From: Octopus bimaculoides
Lineage: Eukaryota
Length of the DNA: 64,000 nt
Assembly (NCBI RefSeq): GCF_001194135.2
Contig: NC_068983.1
Coordinates: forward strand, 61,559,413-61,623,412
Reading direction: 5' to 3'
A model generated the notes under the pieces. That model was not told the DNA's origin. It did not search any database and saw nothing but the letters and a program-made list of their open reading frames with translations. Of this stretch, positions 24,626-37,270 are shown piece after piece; position 1 is the first letter of the stretch, and each line of letters starts with the position of its first letter. The position numbers were made by a program, and so were the translations under genes.

Positions 24626-26111
24626 CTGTTGTGTAGATCATCTGATGTTATATCATCAAATCATCTAACACCATAAGTTATTATAGACTAACATAACACT
24701 AAATAAACTTTAGCAGCAAGAGTAGCATATGCTATGAGCAAACATTTTCAAAGGGCCTATGCTAAATACTTTATTAGTATATTACTATATTGTCTTCAAA
24801 ATGTATGAAAGACTAGTAGTTTAAGGATGATCTAGTACTTGGAATACTTTTGAGATCCAATACACTTTAGATTAAAAGCTTGTAAAGTTTCCTTTGTGAT
24901 ACAATGATTCTTCACATGCCCTACAACTATACTGCTATACAAGTCTTCATTATTGTTAAATGGCTGGTTGTGTGAAGTTGATCCAATACTTAGAATACTT
25001 TCACCATCAAATACACTTTAAAGTAAACAAATTACAATAATCAAATTGAATAGCAACAATAAATGGGCAGACTTACTTTATTTTTGTGAAATGTTAATTA
25101 ATAGACATAGCATTTTAATTCTCCATTTTGATACATTAAACTTGTTATACAGTAATTAAGTTTAATTAATGTTTTTCTTACAAATAAGATCAGACAAACA
25201 AATCAGGTTATTATCAAATGTATTTTGGACTCTATAATGCTAACCATTCCCATTAAATCAAATTGAGACTTTTAATGCAATTAAGCAAAGCTACAGCACA
25301 AATAACCAGTATGAATTAATATAATCACATTTTTATGACAGACCATTGAATTATATTAGGATTGTGTATCAGGAAAGAAGATTTAACTTGTGTATTTTAT
25401 GAACTGGCATAGTTAGAATATCAAATAGAATGAATCATGGTATTTGTTCCAACTCCGTATGCTCAGTGTTCAAATCCCACCAAGGAATTGGAAAAGCAGT
25501 AATATTATCAAACTGGATGCTAGATACTTTATTTCCTTTGATTTGAGATTAGAACATTTAGACAAAATTAAATCTGAATTTTATAAAAATGCCTGCTGAC
25601 ATTTTTTCAACTAACCATTTTCGATGTTATTTGAACGTGTGTTTTATCTGATGAATTTACCTTCAAAGGGGAAGGAATCTCTTCTAGGTTAAATTTTGTT
25701 ATGTTGAAGAATTATGTATATCTAAAATCTAGTTCTTAATCATTTTTATTTCTACATAAATTAAAGCTCTTAAAGTTTCTTTTTCTTAAAGATTTTAGCC
25801 AACAGTTATCTATATATGGTCCATTTCAATCTTCTTTTAGAATTTTCAGCATGGCATAACCCAAAACAAATCAACTATGCTAAATTCAACGAATTTCACA
25901 AAAAAAAAAAAGATTTCTTAAAACAGAAAATAGTTGACAATCTAAAAACAGCTTAAAAGCATATCTTGCTTTGTGTTTTTTTTTCATCTTAAGTCATTAA
26001 CTACTTGGCAGTAGAGGAAAGAGCATAGAGAACAAAGGACTATTGTACTACAGGTAAAATATTTTCATTGTAAATTTATCTTGCGAAGAAGTTTTCTGTT
26101 TTTTGTTGCCA

Positions 26112-26500
26112 TCTATATACATAAAACACAGGATGTGTCTGTCATGTCATTATAACTTGAGATCCACCAAACCGATTTTAATGAAATGTTACACATGCAT
26201 TACATAGGGTCCATGGAGTGTTATAGGCCAAAAATATTTTCAACTTCTTGCCTAATGCGGGTTCAGTGGCAGATGAACCGCATTTTTAAAGTATTTTCAC
26301 AGTGTTAAGGCCTGTAACTTGAAGGGTATCCAGTAGTTTTCCTTCAAATTTGCAACAAACATTAATCAAGCTTCTTGAATTGCTGTTAACTAAAAAAATT
26401 TCTGATGCTGACTATGGGCTCCCCACGAAATGCAGATTAATCCTGCTTGAGTATACTGCACTGGATTTTATCTTTGTTTTAGGCCATTTTCTGACGATAA
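26112..26500 (+). mobile_element. Possible non-autonomous Helitron-like element
   Basis: Starts A|TCTATATACATAAAA...GGATGTGTCTGTC...ACCGATTTTAATGAAAT, typical of Helitron-N 5' ends; 3' end not identified. Confidence 0.3.
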
Positions 26501-26944
26501 AATATTGACACTACTCATGCATTATAAGTAGCATATAATATTTTACGAAAACCTTTTTGTCCAATTTGGCAGAGGAAATGAGAACATTAAAATTTTTGTT
26601 AGTGCCCTGTTGATGCTACATGTTACCATCCTGCACATCACTGGGCCATGTGTGTGTGTAAGTGTGTGTGTGTATGGCTGGGTAAAGGCAGAACAAACCC
26701 ATTCAGCCATTCTCCAGAACTGCCCTGTTAATGTTCCACACCTCCAATCCTGCACAACACAGCATGGGCTGGCAGCATGTCTGCTTTCTATGTCATCCAT
26801 GTCTGAACTATATAATGCAAAATGTTAATACAAAAAACAAACTGCTCTTGTGACTCACAGCCATTTGAGTTTGACCATGTGGTCACTTCTGGAAGCTACG
26901 TTCACCACCTGCAATTCCTTCCCCTGTTTAGTCAGACAAGTAAA

Positions 26945-27431
26945 TACAGTGTCCCAGAATTAATGATGATTTGAGTGAAATTGGATGCAGTTTTTTAAAA
27001 CTCATTTTTATTTATGTTTATCAAGCTTAACATGTGTTAAAAGAGTATAAATTTTGAATTTTGCTTATAATTTTATTTTCATTCTTGTTGGACCCCCTCT
27101 TATTTGTCCATGACAGTTTTTTTTCCAATTTGGCAGCAATAATTTTCTTTATCTCCATCCTCAGGATGGAGCAATTGTTTAGCTGAGCTTAAAGAACACA
27201 TTCAGTTAGCAGTGCAGGAGCTAACTCCTGAAATGCTTCAAAATGTGTTTCACAATGCTAAGGAGAGATTTGACATATGAAGGAATACAGACATGTTAAA
27301 AATTTTCAATAAAAGTTTGACATAAGATTTATAAATCTATTTGTTTTGATAATAGACATAAAATCCTGTCAGTTTTTTTTTAATTTGCTCAATTTCATTG
27401 AAACAAATAGTTAATTCTGGAACACCCTGTA
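26945..27431 (+). mobile_element. Internally deleted Tc1/mariner-superfamily element with TIRs and TA duplication
   Basis: Left TA-CAGTGTCCCAGAATTAA; right TTAATTCTGGAACACCCTG-TA; internal LAELKEHIQLAVQELTPEMLQNVFHN resembles a transposase C-terminus. Confidence 0.8.
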
Positions 27432-27564
27432 TGATGTAGCATTGTTAGTTGTGTTGCTCAAGTAAATATTAAAACCAAAGGTCTTCTCGCTGTAAACATC
27501 CCATCTTTTTGTTAAGCATATTGTATCAAGGAGTATATTATCCAAAATGTATTTCTCCTTTATA

Positions 27565-27685
27565 GGTATGGCTGTGTGGTTGGGAAGCTTGCTTTCCTAC
27601 CAGGTTGCCTTGGGTTCTATCCAACTGTGAGGCACATTGGGCAATTCTCTTTCATTACAACTCCATGCCGACCAAAGCCTTGTGT
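27565..27685 (+). mobile_element. Partial OR2-like SINE head
   Basis: ATGGCTGTGTGGTTGGGAAGCTTGCTT...GGCACATTGGGCAA...GCCGACCAAAGCCTTGTG. Confidence 0.65.
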
Positions 27686-30403
27686 ATTATATAATTGCCA
27701 TTACAATATTGATATATAAAATACCACATACAACTCACTTATTATTGTCATATAATAAACAAACGGAAGTTTGTGCATGAAATTGATCTTTTTTCTACTT
27801 CAATTATTACATGTTTTTTTCTTATAAAATACACGCATACAAGAGGAGTAAATCTCTCTATATAATAACACTTTAAATGTGGCTCCCGAGAAAGTATGAA
27901 AGTAATTACTCAATCAACGACATGTATTACTGCTAGCATTAAATGTTTATGCTATTTTGTATTTTCTTCCCAGGTGCAGAGAATGATTTCAGGTTGCTAT
28001 TTCTGGATAAATTAACATGGAAAATCCTTTATATTCATCTTATTGTGACAATTTGCCATCAATTTTGTGGATTAAAATAATGGCCAGTTCTTCCAAAGAT
28101 GGCTTGCCTGATGAATTTGCCTTCAAAGGGGAAGGGATCTCTTCTAGGTTAAATTCAGTTTTGTTGGCATTGGCAGGCAAAAGAGAAGTTTTATTTCTCA
28201 CACCTAAATATCTTGAAGAACATTGTCAAAGTTTTAAAGCAGGATTTTCTAAACCCTGGAATTTTGCTCTCACATGTAGTTTCTCTTATTGTGGCTGGAT
28301 ATTATGTGACTCTAGGCCCACATTAATAAGATGTTTCTCAGCTCTTAACTCTCTCTGGAAATTTACACTTTCTTTTATTTTATACTATTCTCTTACAAAT
28401 ATACACAACAAACAGTGAATTGTATATATTATTACTTAGTATTATTAAAGATGTTGAAGCTATTTCCCTTTCTCAACTTGTCATTACATCAACATTTAAA
28501 CTCATAACATTACTAAATGGTACTTGTTTCGACAGTTTGTGTTCTGAGTTCAAATTCTACCATGGCCTGCTTAGGTAGCAGATTTAATTTATTGCTTGGG
28601 TTTCTTTATCAGAGTCATCCACTCTGTTGTAAGAGTTCAGGTTAGGTCTTCATCTTAGCAATACCTTCCATCTTGGGAATACCTTCTCCCAATCCCACCA
28701 GCTTCAGAAACCCAGTAAAAAGGTCAAGGGCATCACTCTTCTTACTTGACTGTTTGAAGAAAACAAAAGTTGCAATGCTGAATATTAGTTAATTCATATA
28801 ACATAACATTTATACATTGTGTTTTGGGGCTTGGCTTGAAATGAAATCAAAATTTAGAAGGAGATTCACCTATTCAAACTCACTACATAATATACTGGCA
28901 TCTTTCAAGTTTAAACTTCTAGATGTTTCAAACATGTTGGTCAGTAGGTAAATAGCAAGGTTTTTGTAAAATAAGAGAACACCTGTAATAATTTTGATCA
29001 TTTTCCATCCTGTGGTAGCTGATCTATATACACTGGTTCTTGAAATATGGAGTTGTATTCATAAAGTTAATTATAATTTGATAAAATTGGTGTTTAATGT
29101 AAAGCCACTTTTTAAATTTAGGTCCCCCTTTTTAAAATTTAAGGCCCCATTTTTATAATTTAGGGCCTTTTTACAGCATATGGCTAAATGTTGGGCCCAA
29201 ATATAATTCTACCCTGGACTAATACCATCCACATATAGCCAGAAACACTGAAACTATGCTCTAACCTTAAAACGAAACCTCGTAGACATTAGGAAACTTT
29301 ATTTTCATTTAAATAAAAAGCTTATATTTCATAGTAGAGAGAAGACATCTGAGACTATTACCAAACCTCCATGTCATCATTTTAACATCCACTTTCCCAT
29401 CCTTGCATGATTTAGTTGGAATTTGTTGAGGCAAATTGTCTATATCTGGGTACCCTTCCTGCCATCAATTTTCACCTGTTTCCTGGGAGGGTAATATTTT
29501 CCCCTTGACCAGACATACTTCCAAGAAAACTGGGAACAAATTACAGAGCTTGTATGATGATGACGCTTGTTTACAGCTACTACATGATGTTAAGATAAGA
29601 AAACTCAAACACACATATAATCACACACATATGTAATATATACATATAAACAGGCTTCTTTAGGTTTCCATCTACCAAATTCAGTAAAGTGATCAATCTA
29701 GAAATGCTAGAGTACTGAACTGAAGGCTACATTAAATTAAGTTTCATCTCTGTAGGTTTTCGATTCAAACCCAAGTTTTTTGAAACACACCAACCATATA
29801 TTAGCTCCTGTTGAAAAGATGTAAATGTTAGAAATAACAGCCAAGTCTCCTTCAAATCATAACCTACAGCCTTTAATAAGAAAAACAGACATTATATTAT
29901 GTTGTCCTATGTATCCCTAAAAAGACAGGGTGGTCATAGCTGGAATATATTCAACCATATATTGATCTACTTGGTCAGGATTAACCTAGGGTTAAACAAC
30001 CTGTTCCATACAAAAATATGGATATGGAAATATAAATATAAAATGATAAGTTAGAGGAATTAAAAAATTACTTTAAATAAGACAGTGCACTTAAAATACT
30101 CTTAAATGAGACAAGAACTATTTCAATAATCAATAATTATATTTGAATAAAACAGGAATTATGTTTAAATATTGTCAAGCTTACTTAAATCTGAAAGGAT
30201 CTATTTACACAATTCAGAGTAAATATACAAAACAAAGGATGATATTAACTCTAGTTAGGAAATATATGAGACATAATTGCAGAAATATTTAGACTTGTGC
30301 AGATGGTCTATGAAGACTTATAACCTTCAAAAGATTATTCTTCAAACATTAACATCAGAAAATATATTTTATTATACTTTGATAAATTAAAAAAAAAAAT
30401 CCT

Positions 30404-30633
30404 TTAACCCTTTTGTTACCATATTTCTGTTGAGATACTCTGTCTTTCTTTCAGTTGATTTTAAATATAACAAACAATTTAGTAAAATAACTTGGTTATC
30501 ATTAATCTAGTGTTAGAAACACAAATTGTTACTAAGGTTTGGTGGAAGATTTTAATGCAGAACTTTTGAAAACAAACCATTTATATAACAGACTCAGAGT
30601 CAGTTTCAGGCAGTTTGGTATCAAAAGGGTTAA
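30404..30633. mobile_element. piggyBac-type MITE
   Basis: TTAA-CCCTTTTGTTACCA ... TGGTATCAAAAGGG-TTAA: TIR with one mismatch and TTAA at both ends. Confidence 0.85.
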
Positions 30634-30960
30634 ATATAGTTGAAAATAAAAATAAAATTCCTTTACATGGCAACCAACTAATTTAATCACATTTTTGAAG
30701 ATGATTACCATTCACAGATGAAATATTCTGTCTATATCTAGCATTTTAGATTCAATTGATGAATTACAGACGAGTTTTATTTACAAGAAGCAGAAGCCAT
30801 AAGCAAACATTTGATTTATCAGTGAGACAACTTGATATGTAGCTGAAGCAATATTTACTTGGGATAAAATCTATATCAGCATGTGGCAAGGTCAATATTT
30901 ACATGAGGTAAGATCTATATTTGCATGTGACAGAGATTAATGACATATAGCAAGAAGCGG

Positions 30961-31149
30961 CCTCAACCAGCCCAAATATTTTACCTGTTTTATGTTCAAA
31001 CCAGTCAGATCCAGCCTCTCACACTTATCCTACAATGTCTTTCTAAAAATCAAAATCTTGAAGGTGTGAGACAATGCATAATTAATTCAAAACAATGTAA
31101 ATAAATAAGCATTATATTTGACAGAGTAATCTGAATGCTAAAGAGTTAA
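30961..31149. mobile_element. Second piggyBac-type MITE family, left end decayed
   Basis: Ends ATCTGAATGCTAAAGAGTTAA; homologous to 60191-60416. Confidence 0.65.
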
Positions 31150-31384
31150 TATCAGGGACAGTGCAGACAATAGGATCATAAACGATACAGTTGGTTCTGT
31201 GGCAGAACCAGATGCAATTGTGGTACAACAATAGTTAACAATAAAGAACTTATGAAATGAAATTCTGATACCCACCAAGATGTCTCACTAGATATCTAAT
31301 TATTGCTGTGCTGTGTTTTGTTAATGAAAGTATAGCTGCTATAGAACCAAAGGGATGGAAAATATTTAGGTAGTCAGTAAAAGA

Positions 31385-31434
<50 letters not shown>

Positions 31435-31569
31435 ATTCCTTCTCTCTTTTACTCATTCTCTGTAAAAGGCAAANNNNNNNNNNNNNNNNNNNNNNNNNNN
31501 NNNNNNNNNNNNNNNNNNNNNNNNNNNNNNNNNNNNNNNNNNNNNNNTATTTAGGTAGTCAGTAAAAGA

Positions 31570-31619
<50 letters not shown>

Positions 31620-32749
31620 ATTCCTTCTCTCTTTTACTCATTCTCTGTAAAAGGCAAACTTCATGAAATTTGTGTAAGAAGTATTATGTTTTATGACAGT
31701 GAGACATGACACTGACTGTGGAAAATCTGTGGAAATTGAAGTGTGTGATCCACTGGCTCTATAAGTGATGTGATCCACTGGTTCTATAATGTTTATCTTC
31801 CATGGGAAGATTGGGTAAAAGAGAGCTAAAAGAAAAACTAAGCATTTAAAGCATCAATCGAAGTGTGCAGGAGAAATGATTCCACTGATGTAGACTTATA
31901 ATGTGAATGAACATTGAGTGCTGGATTTCAAAAATGCAAAGTGGTATTTGCTGTCGTTTGCTTACTCCAGGCCATCCTAACTCAGTTGACTTATAATGAA
32001 AGGTATTGTCAATTGTATCCTTTAACCAGATATAGTGTATGTAGGACTATATAATAATCATTTCAAGGCTGTCTTGCTGGCTAGTGCTGTTGAATGAACA
32101 GAAAGATTTATGAAGAAGCCTTGAGTTCAGTTGTCAGGATGCTGGGTCTTACAGATGAGACAACAAAAATGCTACAACTGATGATATGCTGGATATCTAA
32201 ACTGTTTAACAGATTCAAACATAGAAACTGGATAATCCTTGATGCTACTGATAATGATGCTATTGATGGTGGAAGCAATATATATGGGATAGAGATATAC
32301 TCATACAACACAACAACCAACAAACAGCATAGTTTACCTCAAACACACATTTTGCTTCACTTCTACAAATTTATTACTTCACTAGACATGTACATTAAAA
32401 TTTAAAATAGAAATACTGTATAGATTGATAGGTTCTTTGAGATACAAAGAGACAGATGTTGCAACAAAGCATTCATACAACAATTAGATTACAGTCTTGT
32501 CTTTCATTATTTCCCAGTTTTTTCTTTGTTTATTCATTTGTTTGTTTTACGTTTGTTTTTCCATGATGACATGGATGAATTACTGGTATATTTTACTGTT
32601 AGATGCCCTTCTTGTTGCAAATCCATATCTATTGTCAAAAGAAGGATGCTTTTTTCCTCTTTGAAAGCTAGATGATTTTCTTGATAGGGAATATCAACAA
32701 CTGTTATTGTTTTTAGTTCAATGCATTTATGCAAAGCTGTAAAATGTAA

Positions 32750-32812
<63 letters not shown>

Positions 32813-33064
32813 AGGCACATGCACACACAAACATACATATATGTGTGTGTATAAGGCTAGGGGCTGCACGAGGTTCCATGGTTTGTTTTGACTTGGTTTC
32901 TTCAGTTGGATGCCCTTCCTAATGCCAACTACTTTACAAAGTATACTGGGTTTTTGGTTGATCTCAAAATGCTGAGAAAGAGATGACAGAGGATCAAGAT
33001 ATGTGACACATTGCAGTACTCCAGAAGACTAGGCTGCCACAACAGAATTGATATCTTAAAACCA

Positions 33065-33314
33065 AGGTGCCATGTAAAAAAACATTGGTGTGGGTGCTGG
33101 TGCCACATAAAAAGCACTGGTGCTGGTTCCACATAAAAAGTACTAATGATGGTGCCATGTAAAAAGCAGCCAGTACACTTTGTAAAGTGGTTGGCAGTAG
33201 GAAGGGCATGCAGCTACAGAAACCATACCAAAACAGACCATGGAAACTTGTGCAGCCCCTGACCTTGTCAGTTCCTGTGTTAATCTTGGCTTTCCTGCTG
33301 ATGATAGCTGGCCT
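33065..33314 (+). mobile_element. RTE-type 3' UTR/tail, cut off by a GC-rich repeat
   Basis: GGTGCCATGTAAAAAGCA subrepeats then GTGGTTGGCAGTAGGAAGGGCAT. Confidence 0.65.
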
Positions 33315-33476
33315 TGCCGCTTCCGCCGCCGCTTCCGCCGCCGCTTCCGCCGCCGCTTCCGCCGCCGCTTCCGCNNNNNNNNNNNNNNNNNNNNNNNNNN
33401 NNNNNNNNNNNNNNNNNNNNNNNNNNNNNNNNNNNNNNNNNNNNNCCGCCGCCGCCTCCGCCGCCGCCTCCGCCGC
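33315..33476. repeat. GC-rich 12-mer tandem repeat (GCCGC(T/C)TCCGCC)n spanning a gap
   Basis: About 5 units left of the gap and about 2.5 units right. Confidence 0.9.
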
Positions 33477-33660
33477 ATGTGACATGGCTCATCTTCAGAA
33501 GGATTGTCCTACTAAAAAACATTCAAGGTAATGTTGTGTGAGGCTTGTCATTCGGAAAGTCTCACAGGGTGCAGTCTGCCTATGTCTGTCCTAAAATGAT
33601 GAAGTCTTTATGGCTGGAATAGTTCTTGTTGTAGGTCTGATAAATCAGGAATAACCTGGG
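33477..33660 (-). mobile_element. L1/Tx1-like ORF2 C-terminal remnant
   Basis: RLHPVRLSE*QASHNITLNVF..DNPSEDEPC; aligns at DNA level with 59250-59350. Confidence 0.4.
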
Positions 33661-33669
33661 GCTAAACAG

Positions 33670-33803
33670 CATCATCCTCATTACCATCATCATCATCGTC
33701 GTCATCTTTGTCATTGTCATCATCTTCGTCATTGTCACAGTTGTCATCATTGTCATCGTTGTTATCAACTTCATCATCATCATCATCATCATTAGCAACA
33801 ACA

Positions 33804-33834
<31 letters not shown>

Positions 33835-33841
33835 CAACAAT

Positions 33842-33884
<43 letters not shown>

Positions 33885-34620
33885 CTCCTCAATATTAGAA
33901 TTAATAGCCCCATTTATTGTACTAGAAATAGGCACCACCAAAACCACCACCACTACTATCACCACTACAGTCACTGTTATCACTAATGTCGCTTCCACTG
34001 GCACCTCCAGCACCATGGCCACCACCATCTTTACCACTATTGATACAATTATTTCAAAACATCACGCTTTCCCTTCACTTTTGCTATTCTGTTGCACTGA
34101 TTATATCAGAATCTTACATTTCTCTGTACCACCAGAATAAACCATTCACTGTGCTAGGCTGCTTGTAAGCATTGTTTTTTTTTTAGCTCTTTATAATAAC
34201 AGTGTTCATTAAGGTTATTGGAAGAAGAAGAAGAAGAAGAAGAAGGTGGAGGAGGAGGAGGCTGAGGGGGAGGAAAATGAGGAGAAGGAGAATGAGGAGG
34301 AAGAGAATAAGAGAATAAGAATGAGGGGGAGGAGGAAAGAAGAATGAGAAAGAGAGTAAGGAGGGGAAAGAAGAAGAAAAAATGACAAAAAAAGGATGAA
34401 GAGGAGAAAGCAGAGGAGGAGGAGGAGGAAGAAGAAAAGGATGAAGAAAGAGAAGAAGAAGGCAGAGAAGGAGGAGATGTGGAGGAGAAGACAGAAGAAA
34501 AAGAAGAGAAAGGAAGAGAGGGAGAACGAGAAAGGAGTAGAAAAGAGCATCATCATCATCAGTTGTAGTAGAAGTAGTTTTGAGAGGAGGAGGAGGAAGA
34601 AGGGAAATAATAAAAATAAA
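33670..34620. repeat. Low-complexity cluster of (CAT)/(CAG)/(CAA)/(CAC) and GA-rich repeats
   Basis: Directly visible. Confidence 0.9.
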
Positions 34621-34761
34621 AATGTTGTCTGAAAACAAAAGACAACCCAAAATAAAATAAAAATAAGATCCAGTTTTTACAATTCTAATATTGTATTTAT
34701 TATTTTAACAACAAATAACATTATACTGAATAACATTAATTATTTGTTTCCATTTTTTGCT

Positions 34762-34950
<189 letters not shown>

Positions 34951-35335
34951 CTTGTTTTCCTTTTGTTGTATTGAAGGTATTGTGCAAGTATTTTGGGAAT
35001 ATTTTCTTCATCATCTCAGAGAAATAAATGTTTGCATCAACAAAAGAAATGCTTTGTTTGTTTAAATCTCTATTTATTCATTTAATTATTGCTTCTGTTT
35101 TCTTTAGATTTTCTATATGCGTGTGTGTATGTGTATATGTGTAAACTGTAGATTAGAAAAAAATCTACAGATGATGTAAAAAGTTGCTTGATAGGATAGG
35201 TATAAGAAGATTGGGACCTATGGATATCTCATGGGACTCTAAGTCTGTGTATGACTAGTTCCTTACTTAAGTGAAGAACTGGCATAATGATTAGAGCACT
35301 TGGCACCTTGAGTTCAAATCTAGCTGAAGTCAAAG

Positions 35336-35775
35336 ACCCAAAAATGAACCAAATCCTCAAAACACATACAATCATCAAAAGTAAGGGGCAACCAAAATCA
35401 ATGAAAAAGATTTTAACCCAGGCCAAATTACACTCAACAATAACCACTAAACCAACAGTAAAAAAATGCAGGAGACCCAACTATGGGATTTGTGTCAACT
35501 TAATAGAAGGATCGGAACACCGATTAGAACAAAGTCATAATTTCACAATAAAAACTAATTTTACATGTGCATCGGAGAACTTGATCTACCTAATTACATG
35601 CTCTGGATGCAAACGGCAATATATTGGACACACTAAAACAGCCTGCGTCGGAGAATGGCGGTACACAAATCCCAAATTAGGATCCCGGAAAACAGGAAAA
35701 TACCTCTCAGTCAGCACATCGACGAATGTGCTTACAACAAATTTCCCAAATTCACAATGTTTCCACTATACAAAT
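35336..35775 (+). mobile_element. Penelope-like element GIY-YIG endonuclease fragment
   Basis: KCRRPNYGICVNL...FTCASENLIYLITCSGCKRQYIGHT, then after a frameshift LRRRMAVHKSQI...IPLSQHIDECA...FPLYKF. Confidence 0.88.
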
Positions 35776-35834
35776 TCATTATATTCGTTTGTGTGAAATA
35801 AGTCTAAGGGTAAGGACTAAAAAAACCCTATATT

Positions 35835-37270
35835 ACTTAATAAGTCACTTATATTCGCCAAGAATAGGACTAATTTATCAATGAATGAAATTAAAATAAT
35901 AATCGAAGCTAGAAAAACTATAATCTCTCATCAAGGTAAATATTGGATTAGGAAGAATACTCCAGATTATTTCGATATACCCGTGGGCGCGCAAGACTCC
36001 GCTGAAGTCACCGACTTTGTTGGAATTTGCCTTTTACATTTACTCAAAGATGAATTCCCTGAATTGGAAGGTGGTCTTTACCGCGACGACGCACTATTCT
36101 TAGTTAGAAATACCTCCAACAGGAAACTTGAGCTATACAAAAAAAGATTACACAAATTCTTCAAGAGCCAAGGACTAGCCATCACCATTGAAAACGATAA
36201 CAACTCAGTCAACTTCTGAGACGTTAATACATCATCATATCAACCTTACCATAAACCTAACAACAATATCACATACATACATGCACAAAGTAACCATCCT
36301 TATAATATTATAAAAAATCTTAACTCTAACATAGAAAGTAGAATTAACTTATCCAATGAAGAAACTTTTAACAAGCACAAAGACTACTACAATCTAGCAC
36401 TTAAGAAGGCAGGATACAAATATCGAATTAAGTACAACAAAAACAATAGCACCTATTCTAATTATACCAATAATTATCAAGATAAGAACAATACCGATCA
36501 TATTACTGAACCCACATCAACTGGTAAATTAGAAAACCCTGACACTTAATTAAATTCTCTCAATAATAATCATCAGCAATACATTAGCAACAGACACAAA
36601 TCCTACAAGAACAATAAACATAATAATAAACACTATAAATATGAGCACCACAACCCTAACCTCACTAAAAGAACTATTAACCCTAATATTACCAACCCAC
36701 AAATCATCAAATACACTGTTAATACTGTAATTAAACCCAAGTAAACAGGCAATAAATACCGAAAACAAAATAACTATAGATTGAAATAAGAACATGAAAC
36801 CTACACACTTAAAATTCAAACTTATCCCACTACATTTCCTCCTTCTAATAATTTACATGACCGCAAAAATCATATTAATAAAGTTAGGAATAATATAGAA
36901 AAAAAAAGAAACCTATACCATATGTAAGAATAGATAACCCACAAAATATAAACCACTACGATAATAAAGAAAACAACAATAACATCATTTGGATCATAAT
37001 TCCTTTTGCAAAACATCTAAAATCTAATTTTATTAGGTCCATGAGAAATGTTTTTTTTTTAAAAAAAAACTTTTTAAACTCTAAATCTGCAAAAATATTT
37101 AATAACAAAATGATCAGATTTAGATTTTCAGTATCTCCAAACCTATTTAGAATCATCTCTTCATTTAACAATAAGAAACTAGACCAATTCTATTATAAAA
37201 AGCTCCTTCTAATATTCCTAACCCCAATAACTCCATATTTAATAACAGCAATTATCAGAATAACCTCTAC
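35835..37270 (+). mobile_element. Penelope-like RT fragment (Naiad-like signature), thumb and linker, no downstream endonuclease
   Basis: LLNKSLIFAK...IIIEARKT...FDIPVGAQDSAEVTDFVG...GLYRDDAL...GLAITIE...NF*DV...YQPYHKPNN...SNHP...ALKKAGY...NIIWIIIPF...KIFN...PNLFRIISSFNNKKL. Confidence 0.88.

Noticed and set aside
28642-28749. Minus-strand terminal-exon-like frame SSKKSDALDLFTGFLKLVGLGEGIPKMEGIAKMKT*
   Set aside because: No upstream exon found, and it loosely resembles the L1/Tx1 ORF2 terminus; it cannot be supported as a gene
29105-29170. Three ~22 bp degenerate repeats (TTTAAATTTAGGNCCCC)
   Set aside because: No spacers, so not CRISPR-like; probably a subterminal repeat of a decayed DNA transposon
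31363-31658. ~110 bp exact duplication around a gap
   Set aside because: Assembly overlap artefact
33143-33541. ORFs with poly-Ala/Arg/Pro and a CDMAHLQKDCP zinc-knuckle-like peptide
   Set aside because: They derive from the 12-mer repeat and the antisense of an L1 remnant; the knuckle spacing is wrong
36217-36219. In-frame TGA in the Naiad-like RT as possible selenocysteine (reported for some Naiads)
   Set aside because: It falls at the Leu of the NFLDV motif, not a Cys position, and the copy has other lesions
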